The position numbers were made by a program, and so were the translations under genes. A stretch of 64,000 nucleotides of DNA, taken from IMG/VR virus record IMGVR_UViG_3300025276_000021, one strand, 5' to 3'. Positions 46,158-61,100 of the stretch are shown here, piece by piece. Every line of letters begins with the position of its first letter. Position 1 is the stretch's first letter. The notes beneath the pieces were generated by a model, which saw nothing but the letters and a program-made list of their open reading frames with translations, had not been told where the DNA came from and did no database searches. This DNA comes from a virus.

Positions 46158-49100
46158 TTATTTTTCAGTGAATAACCAGCCGTTCGCAGTATTATAATAA
46201 ACTAAACCAAACGCTGCACGGTCAACATCAATCGTTAAATCTGAATCGCTTGCTTCAATCTTATGTCCATTTCTATTTATAGTGATATTATTAGTCGATG
46301 CATTTCCCGTTCCATCTATAATTCTAATTTCATCTCCCAATGTGGCAGTAACAGGAAGATTTACGACGATTGCTGTTGAAGTGTCAAGGATAAGTCTTTG
46401 TCCAGCTGTTACTGTGACTGTAGATGTTACTTCTGACCAACTATTTGGAGCTGATGTTCTGGCTGAAATATATGCACTATCGACAATTCCTACAACGTCT
46501 GCGCTATCAAATGCTGCTGGAATAACAACTCTTGCGTTGATGTATGCACTATCAATTAAACCTATGACCGAAGCACTATCAGTTCCAGATGATCCAGATG
46601 AAACTCTTGCGTTGATGTATGCACTATCAATTAAACTTACAACACTTGATGCTCCAGATGGATTTGCTTTTACCCACTGCGAAGTTGCATTGTCGTCCGT
46701 ATAGTAAACATATGTTTCTAGAGCTTCTGGATCAAACCACATCTGTCCTTCTTCTGGTGATGCTGGTGCAGTATCGGATACTGTTAATCCACCGCCCGAG
46801 GAGCCGCCTGCGATTTCAATAATGTCAGCACTATCCAGAATACTTGCGTCATATAACTCTGTTCCGTGTACAATAGCGTTAATGATTATTTCATCGCCAG
46901 AGTCTAAACCGTATGTTGTTGTGATAGTGTTCGTAGCTGTTACTGAATAGTCTGCTCCCAATACAAGTCTGATACCATTATTAAATACTTGAATTTTATC
47001 AGCATCGAATGAAGCATTAATCCCATTAACATCTGTACCAGTAAATACTGTTGAACCACTATCAGCTTCAAATTTGTAGTTAACAAATTTAGGTTTCGTA
47101 TATGCGACTTGTGTTGTGGTGTTATAAACAACAGAGCCAGTAGCATTTTTGAAGCCCATAATCGTTATTTCGTCAGTAGAGTCTGCGGCAGTATTCAGTG
47201 TTACCGTATCTGTACCAGTTCTAGTATAATCGTCATTAAATCTAAGCAAAGCACCGTTAAAATAAACTAGTGGAGAATTATTAGTTGCCAGAAATTCTAG
47301 CGCGATTCCATTTTCATCGTTACCTGTAAACACAGTTTGATTTTGTGTTGCAGTATATTTGTAAATATCAAACCCAGTTGTTGTGCCAACACGCGCTTGA
47401 ATGTATGCACTATCTACAGTATTTGCGACAGTTTCTTCCGATACAGTAACTCTTGCGCCTATATAAGCACTATCAATAAGATTGACGATTGCTGCACTGT
47501 CAGTTCCAGCAGATACTCTCGCTTGGATATAAGCACTATCGACAAGATTACCAGCGACAAAGGAAGCATCTGCACTATCAAATGCTGCTGGGATAACAAC
47601 TCTTGCATTGACGTATGCACTATCGACAAGATTACCAGCGACGAAAGAAGCATCTGCACTATCAAATGCGGGTGGGATAACAACTCTTGCGTTGATGTAT
47701 GCACTATCAATATCAGATGCATTAGCTAGTTGAATCCAATTACCAGCATGAGAATAATATGCTTTTTGTGTTCCATGAACATGTGCAAACATACCATGAT
47801 ATGTGCTGGCTGATGGAAGATCGCCTTCAGTAGAATAAACATTTGAATATAGAACTTTATTTGAACCAAGATTAAGGTCTCCAGTCAAAGTTCCGCCGGC
47901 TAATGGTAATTTATCAGCAATACTATTCGTTATTGTAGTCGAGAAATTAGAATCGTTTCCTAATGCAGACGCTAATTCAACTAAAGTGTTTAATGCGTCT
48001 GGTGCAGCGCCAACAAGTCCGTTTACTGCACTATCAGCAATAGTGCGGACAAAATCTTCAGTCGGTAGTACATTCCATGAGCCGCCCTGTGCAACTCTTG
48101 GTTTGCCTGCTTGCATTGCAAACATACCTTCGTAAGTAGAAGGACTAGGCATACTTGCAATTGTAGGATAATTGTTAGAGTATGCAATTTTATTTGCGCC
48201 GAAATCTATATCTGAAGTGCCTATTCCGATTGCAGTATTGATATATGCTGTTGTTACGACATTAGCAATATCCGATGCACTGGCTGCTTCCTGTCTTGAT
48301 TGGACATAAGCACTATCAACAAATATATTAGATATAGATGTAATATAAGCACTATCGATAACAGATTTTAAATCAGCACTTAAAATATAAGCACTATCTG
48401 CCACAGATTTTATCCATGTGATATTTGCTCTTGATTGAACATAAGCACTATCAATCATATTGCTGGCTGCGTTTGAATCTATACCTATTACTTTAGATGC
48501 AATGCCGTTTTCATCTGCAATACTAATTCCTGTGGGACTAGAAGATAGTGATATTCCGCCAAGGTTGATTGTGTTTCCACTAAGATGTAAGTCTCTCCAA
48601 GCGCGAGTTGGCGATCCTAGATCGTATATTTCATGCGCTGCAGGTATTACATTATGTGCAGAATTTAAGACACTTTGAATATATCCTGAGTCAGCAGCAC
48701 TTAAAATGTACGCTGAGTCTGCGGCACTTAAAATATATGCACTATCTGCTACTGTTTTTACATACGCTGAGTCTGCGGCACTTAAAATATATGCACTATC
48801 AATAACAGATTTTAAATCTGTACCCAGAACGTATGCACTATCAGCAGCACTTAAAATATATGCACTATCAATAACAGATTTTAAATCTGTGCCTAGAACG
48901 TATGCTGAGTCTGCGGCACTTAAAATATATGCACTATCAATAACAGATTTTAAATCTGTACCTAGAATGTATGCTGAGTCTGCAATAAATTTGATATGGT
49001 CACTATCAGCCGCAGAATGAATATAAGCACTATCAATTATCTCTTTCAGATAATTTTCGTTTACTATAGTCGAAATATGATCACTATCAGCCGCAGAATG

Positions 49101-52100
49101 AATATAATCACTATCCGCAAGTTCTCTGATCCATTCATAACTTGCTACTGTTTTGACATAATCACTATCCAGAAGATCCACAATATTAACAGAATTTATG
49201 AATACACCATCATCTGCATTTATTTTGCCTGCAACGTCAAGTTCAAACGCGGGCGTAGTTTTGCCAATGCCTAAGAATTTGGTATTGTCATATACTGTAT
49301 ATGTACTTCCTTCTTCAAACACATTTGTAATTTGTAATTTTTCGCCATTGATTTCAATGTGTCCATTCCAAATTTCAAGTGCAGCTTTTTCTACAAACCC
49401 TGCTGGATCTTGAGGACCAGATATTACAACTTTGCCGCCTACACCTAGTCCTGCATTCGAGGCGCCCGGCGTAGTTTTACCGAGGAAATCGATCAGTTCT
49501 GTGCCTTGTACAATAGTATTGCCTGAGATAAGAGTTACATCATAAGGTGATTTGCCGATGCCGACTTTAGTATTATATAAAGCCTCAAATGCGCTTGGAT
49601 TTGTAAACTGAGTCCAACCTGTAGGAGTAATAGGATAATCATTACCAAACTTAGGTGATGGTCCATTAACTCTAAACGCAATCATAGATGGATCAATTGC
49701 AGAATCGAGTCTTTCTTGCAAGTCCTCGAACGATGGCCATGGTGTTGTGTCTACACGATCATTAATATAGTCAGCATCTATCATTTCAAATACTGCAACA
49801 GAATCATTTGCGTGAAGTGGATTTCCACCAAAGCTTGCGCGTTCATTGATGTAAGTACTATCAAACCAAAGAGTTGCAGATTCTTCACTTATGCTTATGG
49901 TATAAGCTTCCGTGACATGATTCAAATATACAGCGTCTTCCTGAACAAGAGGAAGAATAACATCGCCTTGATAAGTTAAGCCGTCGAGGTTTACATTTCC
50001 TTTAACGTCTAATTTATAAGGAATAGCTGGTTTGTAATCAAAGCCGTTTGGAGGATATCTCAGATAATTTGGGTTATTATCAAAGCTAGATTTGTCTAGT
50101 CCTATTCCTACTGCACCTTGACCATTATAAAGTAGATCGCCTGTTGGTCCCGAATTATCGTTTTGGAAGAACATGTCATCAGTTTGAGTTTGTCTTAGAT
50201 ACTCTTTTGTGACTGCTGAATGGATATAATCACTGTCAGCAATAAATTTGATATGATCGCTATCAGAAGCAATTTGTCTAATATAATCATACAAACGCAT
50301 GCCCTGGACAAAGAATTGATTATTTCTTCCTCCTACATCACCACAGACATTAATGTTACCATAGACTTCTAAGCCGATATCTGTATTACTCCAAGCGCCG
50401 TTAGAAGTTGTTACAGATTTTGTGCTACTATTTAATGTAGGACTTGAAGGAACAGTATTTACAACATCCTGACCTATGATAACTGTACCGCCCTGAATAG
50501 ATAGTGTGTCTGGCGTGCTTGAAGTAACTTGAGTACTACCTAGACCAATCGAAACACTATTTGTTGCAGTTGCCGCCGTCGATACATTATGTCCTAGTGA
50601 AATAGTATTAAGTCCGTCAGCAGAAATATTTCTACCAATCGCGATTGCGTTATTTGCTGCAGTAATGTCGCGTCCAAATGCAATTGCGTTATTTGTTACT
50701 GTATTACTTCTACCAAATGCGATACCGTCTGATGCAGCATTATTTAATCTACCAAACGCGGATGAGAAACTATTTGATGTTGATGCAGTGTTGTTATGAC
50801 CGAATGCTATACCACCATCAGTAGTATTAGATTTACCAAATGCTTGACCAGAGTAACTTACTTGGTTGCTAGATCCAAATGCGATACCATTATAACCTGC
50901 TACAGTATTTGCACGCCCGTAAACCATTGACTCAAGATTATTGTTTGTTGAGCTTGTAGATGCAGTATTGCTGTGTCCAAAAATAGTAACTCTATAATTT
51001 CCGGTGTTACTATTTCCGAAAATTTCAGATGAATTATTACCCGTATTAGAACGCCCAACTACATTAGTATCAACATTTCCAGTATTATAAGTGCCAACTG
51101 TGTATTCATAATTACCAGAACTACTTGTCGAGTTTCCATGTCCTATAACTATATAGTTTGTGCCTACAGTATTACTTGATCCAACACCGGTTGAATTTGT
51201 ACCTACTGTGTTGTTTCGTCCAACAGATACAGATAATCTGCCCGATGCTAGTGTTCTATAGCCGATTGCCGTAGATTGAGTTCCAGATGCAACACTTCCG
51301 TGTCCTGAAGCAAAGGCTGTGCCACCTGATGCCAGATTGTTCATGCCAATAGCAACGCCGCTGTTACCAGTTGTCTTATTTGATCTACCAATTGCAACAC
51401 CGTTTGACGAAGCGGCAGAGTTTCCTTTACCTATACTTACAGCATTTGTGCCGTTAATTAATGAACCTTCGCCAATGACAACTCCAGAGTTGCCACTTTT
51501 AACTGATCTACCTAGTGCAAGACCATTTGCGCCATAAGCGTATACGTTTTGTCCAATTGCTAGTCCGCCGGAAGTTGCATAGAGCGAGTTACCTATAGCT
51601 GTACCGCCGCCCGCTGCATAAATTTGTCTACCGATGCCAGTCGCATTAGATGATCCCGTAACTTCAACATCATAGCCTATTGATGATCCATAATGCGAAT
51701 TTACTTTTGAATTTCTACCAATAACAACGCCATGACTACCGCGCGTTTGGACTTCAACGTCTTTACCTACAGCAACAGCTTGTGCAGAGTTTACAACAGC
51801 ATTGTTACCTACAGCAACAGCATCAGACCTTGTACTTTTTGCCCCTGTGCCCACGACAACAGACCTTCTGGCACTAGTGGTAGTAGTTATATTATTTCTA
51901 CCTATAGAGACAACTTCTGATCCTCTTTGTGACGAGAAATTGCTTGCACCTACAAAGACAGAGTTTGCAGCATTATCAATAGAAAAGTTTCTGCCCATAA
52001 CTATAGAGCTTGCTGCATTATTAGTGGTTATCGTATGACCCATAATTGTTGAGTTTAATGCATTAGTAGTGTTTATCGTATATCCGATTGCTAGTGCAGT

Positions 52101-55100
52101 TTTAGAAATACTAACATCTTTACCTATAAGAATACTATTATCTGCATTTGTGGTAAGTGTAGTCAGACCTTTACCAATAGATACAATATTAGCAGCGAGA
52201 TTTGCTGTAGGTGTATTGATAGTAGCACCAATAGATAGATTATTTGCTCCGTAGCTGAATATCGTTTGACCAATTGATACGATATTGTTTGTGGAAAATC
52301 TATGTACTGTGTTTACGTCTGTATTCGTAATTCCTTGACCGAGAGCAACAGAACCAAAATTTTCGTTAATGATCGTTTGACCTATTGAAACTGCGTGTGT
52401 TCTATTTACTGAACCACTTACAGTCTCGTCAAATGTAACGCCTGCTTTCGTATCATTACCAAGAGCAGTAGAGTGATGTCCCGCTCTTGTATTACTACCT
52501 ATTGCGATTGATTTGAAACCTACATTACTATCTTTCCAGAAATCTGCTGAAGTAGCATAATCCAGAGCACCAATTCTTAATGCGCCTCTTGTGCCAAACC
52601 ACATCATACTAGATGCTGAATTATAATTAGGAATTGAGCCTCTAATTGGATTATTTTGGTCAGCTTCTAAAATACTACTTAGGAATACAGCATTTCCAGA
52701 ATCTACAATAAATTTTGTGAAATCGTCTGTTGCCAATAGTGTATTTTTAGGACCAATAATTACGGCGCCTTCTTCATCATAATAAATTTTCTTTTGACTT
52801 CCTGTCTGTTCGATATTCCAGGGAGTTTCAAGTCTAGTACCAATATAATCTGAATCTACAATTCTTGCGATATGATCATCTACATCAACTCTAAGAATTT
52901 TTCTGGTGCCGTCTGCATTTAATACATGATGTAGCTTTCCTGTCGGAGTAGTATACGCTTTACCACCAAAGACTGGAGAACCGTCAGATTCAATTTTATA
53001 CATGACATTCTGAGCATCACCTTCAGTAGTAAAGAAGGTTTGATAATTTACGCTAGTCTCGAAGAATTTTTGGGCACGGACATGCTTCAATGTAGAATGA
53101 TATTGATTATATGTATTAGGTGGGAATACTGTTTTTATGCCGGAGCCTGTTCCGTCAGACTCATGCTTGAAATAGTACATTGGGTTACTAACAAACACTG
53201 AGCCTTGCGAATCAACATCAATATCGTCTTTAAAGAACGACTTACCACCAACGTCTATGTTTCCGCCAGCTTTTATGTTTCCGCCGGCGTCTATAGAATC
53301 TTCTACTGTTAAAGTTCTATTGTAAACGCTATCGTGTATAGTTACTGGTAGACTCAATGTAAGTGTTGGAATGTCGTTAAGTGGTAGACTTTCGAGAACT
53401 CTGACAACATAAGAATCTAGCGTGGCTTGCTTACCTGTTACTGTAGTAACTACTGTTCTTCTAGGATTGCCCGCACTATCAGGATTTCTTGCTGCAATTG
53501 CAGGATCAGCGTTTGTAGGATCGTACCAAGGGCCTAATGTGCCATCGAATGTACCATCAGATTCAATTTTGCCTAATGAGTTGCCGATACCATCACTATC
53601 TTGTTTAAATGCTGAAGAACTAATATTTTGAATAGCGCCATAATACATGACGCCGTTAGGATCCATAGTTAACTGCTTAATTGTAGTATTAGCTGCCGCT
53701 GCCAAATTATCAATGATATGAGAGTCCATACCCTTAGCAAGATTGTATGATGAATCTATAGTACTAGCGGCAATAATATTGCTGTAGTGTCCGTATCCAT
53801 CTTTTTCTGTTCTGAGATGAATGACGCCAGTAGGAGTTCCTTGAACAAAACTATTTGTTAAGTTAGGACCACCGTCTGATTCAACTCTTCCTGATAGAGT
53901 ACCAGAGCCATCAGATTCTTGCTTATCTTCAAGCACTGCGGGAACAATAGTTGAATTAGTAATAGTTTTAGATGGTCCAAAGAACCAAGTACTCTGAGAG
54001 TCAACGTGAACGTCTTGGAAAAACTCTAATGTGCCAGTTGCATTACTTTCAAATCTCATTCCGCCTTTAACAATAAAGCTATCGTGCGTAGTAAATCTAG
54101 AACCTATATGAGGATAGCCTGGTTTCGCAGCGGTTGCCATCGCTGCTGAGCCTAGAACAACTTCTCCGTAAAGATTTGTAGGTCCGAATATATTCGTTTC
54201 ACTTGTTAGTTTAACTGAATAATCTTGAATGATAAATTTATCGCCGAGTTTAATTGTTCCTAGAGAATCACTAACTGCGGCTGAATTGCCTCCCGGAAAA
54301 GGTTCTGAGGATAATCTTAAATCATCATAAATTTCAATATATTGATTATTGATGATTTTAAAATCTCTGTTATTATCATTAGTTAATTGACCTTTAAAAT
54401 TACCTAAAGAATCTAACAACTTGACGATAGGATCATTAACTCCATGGAGAGAAATGCCAGCGTTTATATCTAAAGAATCGCCGTTATCATCAATTAAATT
54501 TGAATCTTTGTCTTGCAAAACACCTGCATCGTCATATTTTTTAGCTGCTAATATGATCGTATTTCGAGTAGATGTTGTATCAGGATACATCCATCTGCTA
54601 TTCGCTGTTGCAGAAATATCATTTGTAGCAAGAGCAGTTTCTAATACATATACTGTTTTTGAATAGTTAATATGCGTTTTTAGTGCATTATAAACTCCAC
54701 CAATGCCATAGATAGCAGAATCAAATAATGCTGTATTTCCTAAAGAGTCGTAGTGAACGCCTTGTACTAATACAGATGAATTGCCATTGCTATCAACTCT
54801 TACAATTCTAGTATAACGATCATCAACGCTATCATTAAACAAAAACGAAACGTGTTGTTCGTCTGCACCAGCATCGGGGTTGCCGATTTGCGTCTGAAGT
54901 TCAACAGTATTTAATGTTTTTGCTTGACGCAGGTTTAAATAACTGCTATCAAATGTAAATGTATATTCAGAATCTAATACGTTATCGTGACCTAATACAA
55001 GCAATCCACCTCTTAGGTGTGTGCTATCACCAACATATAATCCTTTAGTTCCTACTATTTTATTTTCGTTTGCACCTATATTATCTAAGCCAGAATATGA

Positions 55101-58100
55101 TCCAACACTAAGCATATTTTCAAAATATACATCACCCTTTACTTCAAGATCACTGTCAAAATTACCAGAACCAAGAACGTCGAGATTGTGTGTTGCTTCA
55201 CGACCCGTCTTATTGATTGCAATTTTTAGTTTACCATCATATCGGAAACTATTAGCTTCATCATCGCCTGTTACAGGGTGCGGCGCACCGATGTAAACTG
55301 CGTTAAAGCTATCGTGTTTCCAGTAATAATCAGAATCCCAAACACTAATAACAAATGCACTATCAATCTGGGCCTGAATCCAAGACGCTGTGATGCCGCC
55401 ACCACCATCTTGCTTTATCCAATTAGTATCATCGTATGGTGTGTTAGGCACAAGCACATGTTGAATCCAAGCCGAATCTGCAGCACTTAAAATATACGAA
55501 CTATCAATAAAAGACTTATATAATGCACTATCAAACTGCGCTCTAATATGAGTTTGATCAAGATAGTTTTCTTGAATCATCCATGACTTGCTAGGCCAAC
55601 CTTCTCCATTAGCCATGATTGGGGGCGTACCACCGTTATATACGCCATTTTTGTACATAGCTTTATTCATGTTAAAGGGATTAGTTCTTACATTTAGACG
55701 CCCTTGAACATCAAGACCTATAGAATCTCCAGTGCCACCACTCAAATTGCCTTTATTGAAAGATGTACTTTGTTGGTATGCTGTTGTCTGAAAAGTACCT
55801 ACATTAGTAGCGCCGTCTGCCATAGTTTTATATTGACCAGTCCAAGCTTGATCGTTTGATAAGCCTATAGCAACAGCTTTTGGTTCATCGTTTGGATTAT
55901 ATACAAGTGCGTCTGGTAATACACGCCAGTTGTTTTCTGAATCAACTCTTTGTTGAACGTAGTCTGTATCAAACATATCAAAAACAGCATTATAAATCGC
56001 GCTTCCTGGTCTAACAACAAAGCTGTCGAGAGACATAGGATTGCCTAATGCATTATAGCCAATATAAAAACTGTCATTATCTGTATCGTCTAACCAATGT
56101 ACGCTACCCGCAACAGTAAGTTTACCTGTTATATAAACGCTGTCGCCAAATAAGGCTGTAGTTGCACCAGTAAGTGAGCCAGCAATAGTTAGATCGCCTC
56201 CGGCTGTAATACTATCACTAAACTCGCCAAATGTAGCACCAGTTAAAGAACCCCCAATAGTTAGATCGCCTCCGGCTGTAATACTATCACTAAACTCGCC
56301 AAATGTAGCACCAGTAAGTGAGCCAGCAATAGTTAGATCGCCTCCGGCTGTAATACTATCACTAAACTCGCCAAATGTAGCACCAGTAAGTGAGCCAGCA
56401 ATAGTTAGATCGCCTCCGGCTGTAATGCTATCACCGAATTTACCATAAGAAGCTATATCTAGATAGTTACCGCCTTTGATATATCCGCTAGTAACATCTA
56501 AATAATTACCGTTGACTATTACATCTTTAGCTACACTTAAAGAATCGCCTAGTGTTGTAGTTCCCTTAACAATTAAGTCACTATCAATAATTACGCTATT
56601 TTTGAAACGTGAGGGCGCGACAGATATAACAGGCTTCGGTTGAAGTTTAAGATAAGCGCCGAACGGAATGCTAGTGCCAGATACTGCACCCCAAAAAGAT
56701 GGATCATAATTATCTGTTGCGGGATCGCCTGTATTATTAAGAGTTATGACACCCGCACTAAGCTTAGATCGGCTAGTACCCTTGAGAGTACTAACATTAG
56801 TAGTGTCTGTAATGTCTCTGAGACTAAAACTATCTCCTTGAGGACCAATAGCTGAAATTGTGTAAATAGAGTCATTTAAGAATTGCCCTATTGTAGACAC
56901 CGCCGGCAATTCAAATTGAATTGTTTTTCCGATAGTCAATAGACCATTAGTATTTTGAACAACGACAACAGCAGGATTACTTTGTTCAATGTCTATTACA
57001 GTACTCAATGGCAATGCAACAGGCTCAGGAACTATTTCAATATCAACGGGTTCAATGCCAAAGATGTAATCTCTAAGTTCTATATCATTAACATATATTG
57101 TTGCATCATAACTATCACCAGGAACAATGAGTGGTGTTCCGGAGACGCCAGTGCCATCAGTCATCACTCCACTCTTATATCCAAAGTGAATTGTACCACC
57201 AGAAACATCAAGCGCACCTCTAGCATATGATCTACCTATTGCAACTTTCGTATTATTGCTTTCGCCGACGAGATTTGAACTTGTTGGATTACTCAAAACA
57301 ATTTGATTTGCGTGTCCACCGGGAGGATTAGTTAGTGTTGTTTTCTGACCTAAAAGAAATACGGGCTTACTTAATGTTGTTGCAATTCTATTATCTTTAC
57401 CAATCACATATGCATTTTGCAGATTATGAGCAGCGGAATCTACAATATTGTCTCTACCGATAAAGAAATTGCCTGATCTGGTGCCGGTTGTTCCGTTCAA
57501 AGACGATCTATCAGAATCTTTATTACCTTCGCCTATAAAGACTGAATATGATCCTTTAATATGATTCGAACCAGTGCCCATTGCTATCGATACACTGTTG
57601 GCTCCGATTATTTTTGTATTATTACCGCCTATAGATATTGATCTAGAGCCTGATATAGTGTGATTTGTACCACCTATTGCAATTGCACGACTACCTTCAA
57701 TAGTACCACTCGCATTTAATGCAGTTGCGTATGTGCCCGAAATCGTAGTACTGCCTTGTACATTAAATGCTGCGGCGTAGTTAGCTTCTAATGTGACGGC
57801 TCCTGCACCACCGATAATTGTGTTTCTTTGTGATTTTATTCTGGATCCAGAAGCTGCAGATATCATACTGGAATAATCTGAAGTACTGTCTATCTGCGAA
57901 CTAACGCTGTTTAATATCATACTATATGATGGTTGAGAACTCTGACCTACACCACCTATATTAACACTTTGACCGCCAAGGATAATTGATTTTGTGCCAT
58001 ATATATTACCGTCAAACGCGCCTATGACAGTTGAATATGATCCTAGACTATCAACTTTCGATGTACTGAAAGCATTTGCTACCATAGAATAATCACCAGC

Positions 58101-61100
58101 AGCATGACTTGTATTACCGCCTAAGACTGTACTATAGTCTCCGATAACTTTATTTTTATAACCAATACCAATAGAATGTGCGCCCATAGAATCGTTACTG
58201 TGTTGCGAGGCAATTATTTGTCCTGCTCTTAAAATACCACCTTCAGGATAATATGTGAATAAACTTGGAGCGGCATTTACACCACCTGCTGATCTGTATT
58301 GTGCAAAACTACTAGTGCCTGCAGCAGAATCAAAATGATCTACCAAATTTTTATAATTAGAGCTATAGTCACCTCTTACTAAAATATCGCCCGTTATTTC
58401 TAAAATATGATTTGGCGCGGGTGTATATACACCAAGATTTTTATTTGGTTCGCTATATGTAGTTTGAATTCCATCGTCTATCCATGGATTTGTATTTTCT
58501 ACACCATTTGGGCCGCGCTTGAAGAATGAACCTTCATAAATTAAATCGCCTTTAACAAGAAGGTTACCAACACCAACTGAAATACCAGCTTCTACAAGAT
58601 CGGAATCACTACCGATAGTAACACTTCCTTCTTGGATAGACATAAAGTTATCCGCTGTAGTTGGTACCCATGTCTTAGAGCCTGTACCAACACCTAAGTT
58701 AAAGCCCACAGAGTTATCGCCGCGTATATCTAGATTTTTACCGAAAGCGAATGAGTTTGTGTTGCCTGTTGCAATTGTAGAGCCAGAGCCAAAAGCGAAA
58801 CTGAGGTTTGCGCCGACATTATGCCCTTTACCCAGAACATAAGATGCATTTCCAGACACTACATTAGGTGTTCCTGCTTCACCGCCGATTGCGATAGATG
58901 CTGATCCTCCAACAATATTATAATTACCTATACCAATAGACAATTCTGCAACACTGTTATTTGAACCTATTGCTATAGAGTTATTACTATCTGCTAAGTT
59001 TAATTTACCTATTGCGATACCAATGTCTGCATTTACGACATTTAGTTCACCAATCGCAATACCTGTTGTAGGATTTGTTGAATTAAAAGTCGGTTCCCAG
59101 TGATACGCTGCATAATTGCCAGGGCCCTGGAAATCAATTACTTCATTATCTTTACCAATAGCTATAGAATATGCACCAGAGTTTGCTTGGAATGTACCAA
59201 CTCTATTTGTTTTACCTACTGAAAAGCTGTGTGGAGCATATGCGCGTGATGTATCGCCCGCAGCAAAAGAAAATATGCTTGCGCGAGTATTTTTACCAAA
59301 CGCTGCAGAGAAACCACCAAAAGCAGATGGTTCATTGCCCGCGATATCAGTAAAGTCAAAATAACCAGCTCTAAATCTAGCTTGTGTTGTATCAAAAAGA
59401 AGCCTTGACTTATCACTATCGTCAGAAACAGTTGGATATCCAAGGCTAGCTAAAATTTCGTTTTGTGCAGACGGCTGTAGAGGATATACAATTGGACCAG
59501 ATGGAGTGGGGTTGAGTGCTGTTGAAGCAATCTGTGCTGAGAACGAAAATGTTTTGCCTGTAGCATCAATATCGAATTTAGGATTGCTTTTACCAATCGC
59601 AACACGACTTCCAATTCCTGTCGGACCGTGTACCTTTGCCGGATCTGGAACATATTGTACATCTGCAATATCACCAGCAGGACCAAACGGAGTCTTATCG
59701 AAAATGCCACCAGCAGTATACTTTTCTCCATCTTTGAAAAGATCGCCCGTCATATTTAAAGAGCCGTCTTTACGCAGTTCTAAAAGATTACTGTCCGCGT
59801 TACTTTTAATAGTGACTAAACTTATATCTTCGCCTGCAATTCGAGATGCTATTGCAGAATCTTTACTAATGTCAGATTTAAATGTGTTATTTTGTAGAGT
59901 TGATGTAAAACTATCAAGTGTAGTTTCTATTCCATAAAAAGTGTGGGGTGTAATAACACCACGGTCTGTTCCGCTATAATTTCTTCCTAATGAAGAATCG
60001 CCAATTTTTAATGTTTCTGCAAATAAATTATTTGTTGTTAATGTACCGTCATTAGTTATGCGAGTATTATACCATCCTGAATCTGCATCTGCCGCAAAAC
60101 CTTCGCCACCGGCACCTGCATTACCAGCGACAATTTTTTTACCTATCTGAAGTCCAACGTCTGTTCCATGATTAGCAGAAACACTACTACCGTATATTAA
60201 ACCACTATCTTGAACTAATCTATTATTATTATCTGTAAAAATAAGTCGATGTTCATCTGCAAAATTCCAGAACATACTATCAACAAAGGTCTTATCTATG
60301 TAACCAAGATTATAATTTAATACGATGCCTTCATTCTGTGTAATAAATGCGCTGTCTGATGTAAATTGACTTATAGTTCCAGAGTCGTAAATTACATGTG
60401 AGCCGCTTAATTTTGCAATTCTTCCACTATCTGCGTCGATAGTTGGTGTTATTATACCTACAGATGTACGCCATTTATTTTCTGTTGCGTCCCAATAAAT
60501 ACTTGCTCTACCGTAAATACCCGCAGAAGGTTCTCCGTAAACTGTAATGCCAGCGCCGTCTGCGGCAGCATCATTTATTGCACTATCTGCAATGAGAATA
60601 TTTTTGTCATTTGTAGAAACTACAGTTGAATTAACAATAGTTTGATCGCCATCAATTTGCAAATCGCCCTTGATTAAAACTTTGCCTGTGTTGTCGCCAA
60701 TGCCAGAAGGATCGATTGTAATTGTAGAAGGACCCGTGATTAACGGCTGATAAGACGTATGAATTGTAGCGTATGTAATTTCTGCTGAGTCAGATGTAAG
60801 TTGTCCGATGTTAGCACTATCGATATCTGCGCGAGAAATATATGCACTATCAATATCAACTTGACTAATGTCGGCACTGTCAATATTTGCATAATTAATT
60901 GTTGCATGATCAATGTGTGCGCTATCAACATCTAAGTTATCGACATGTGCGCTATCAATATCTGCATATTTAACATAAGCAGAATCAATAGTTACATTAT
61001 CAATATGCCCACTATCAAGATCCATAAATTTGACATAAGCAGAATCGATAGACACGTTATCAATATGGGCACTATCCACATCAGCATATCGAATATAAGC

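Noticed and set aside
48688-56435. Near-identical 69/72-bp tandem repeats as a possible CRISPR array
   Set aside because: The units are contiguous with no unique spacers, are multiples of 3 inside an open ORF, and no cas genes are present.
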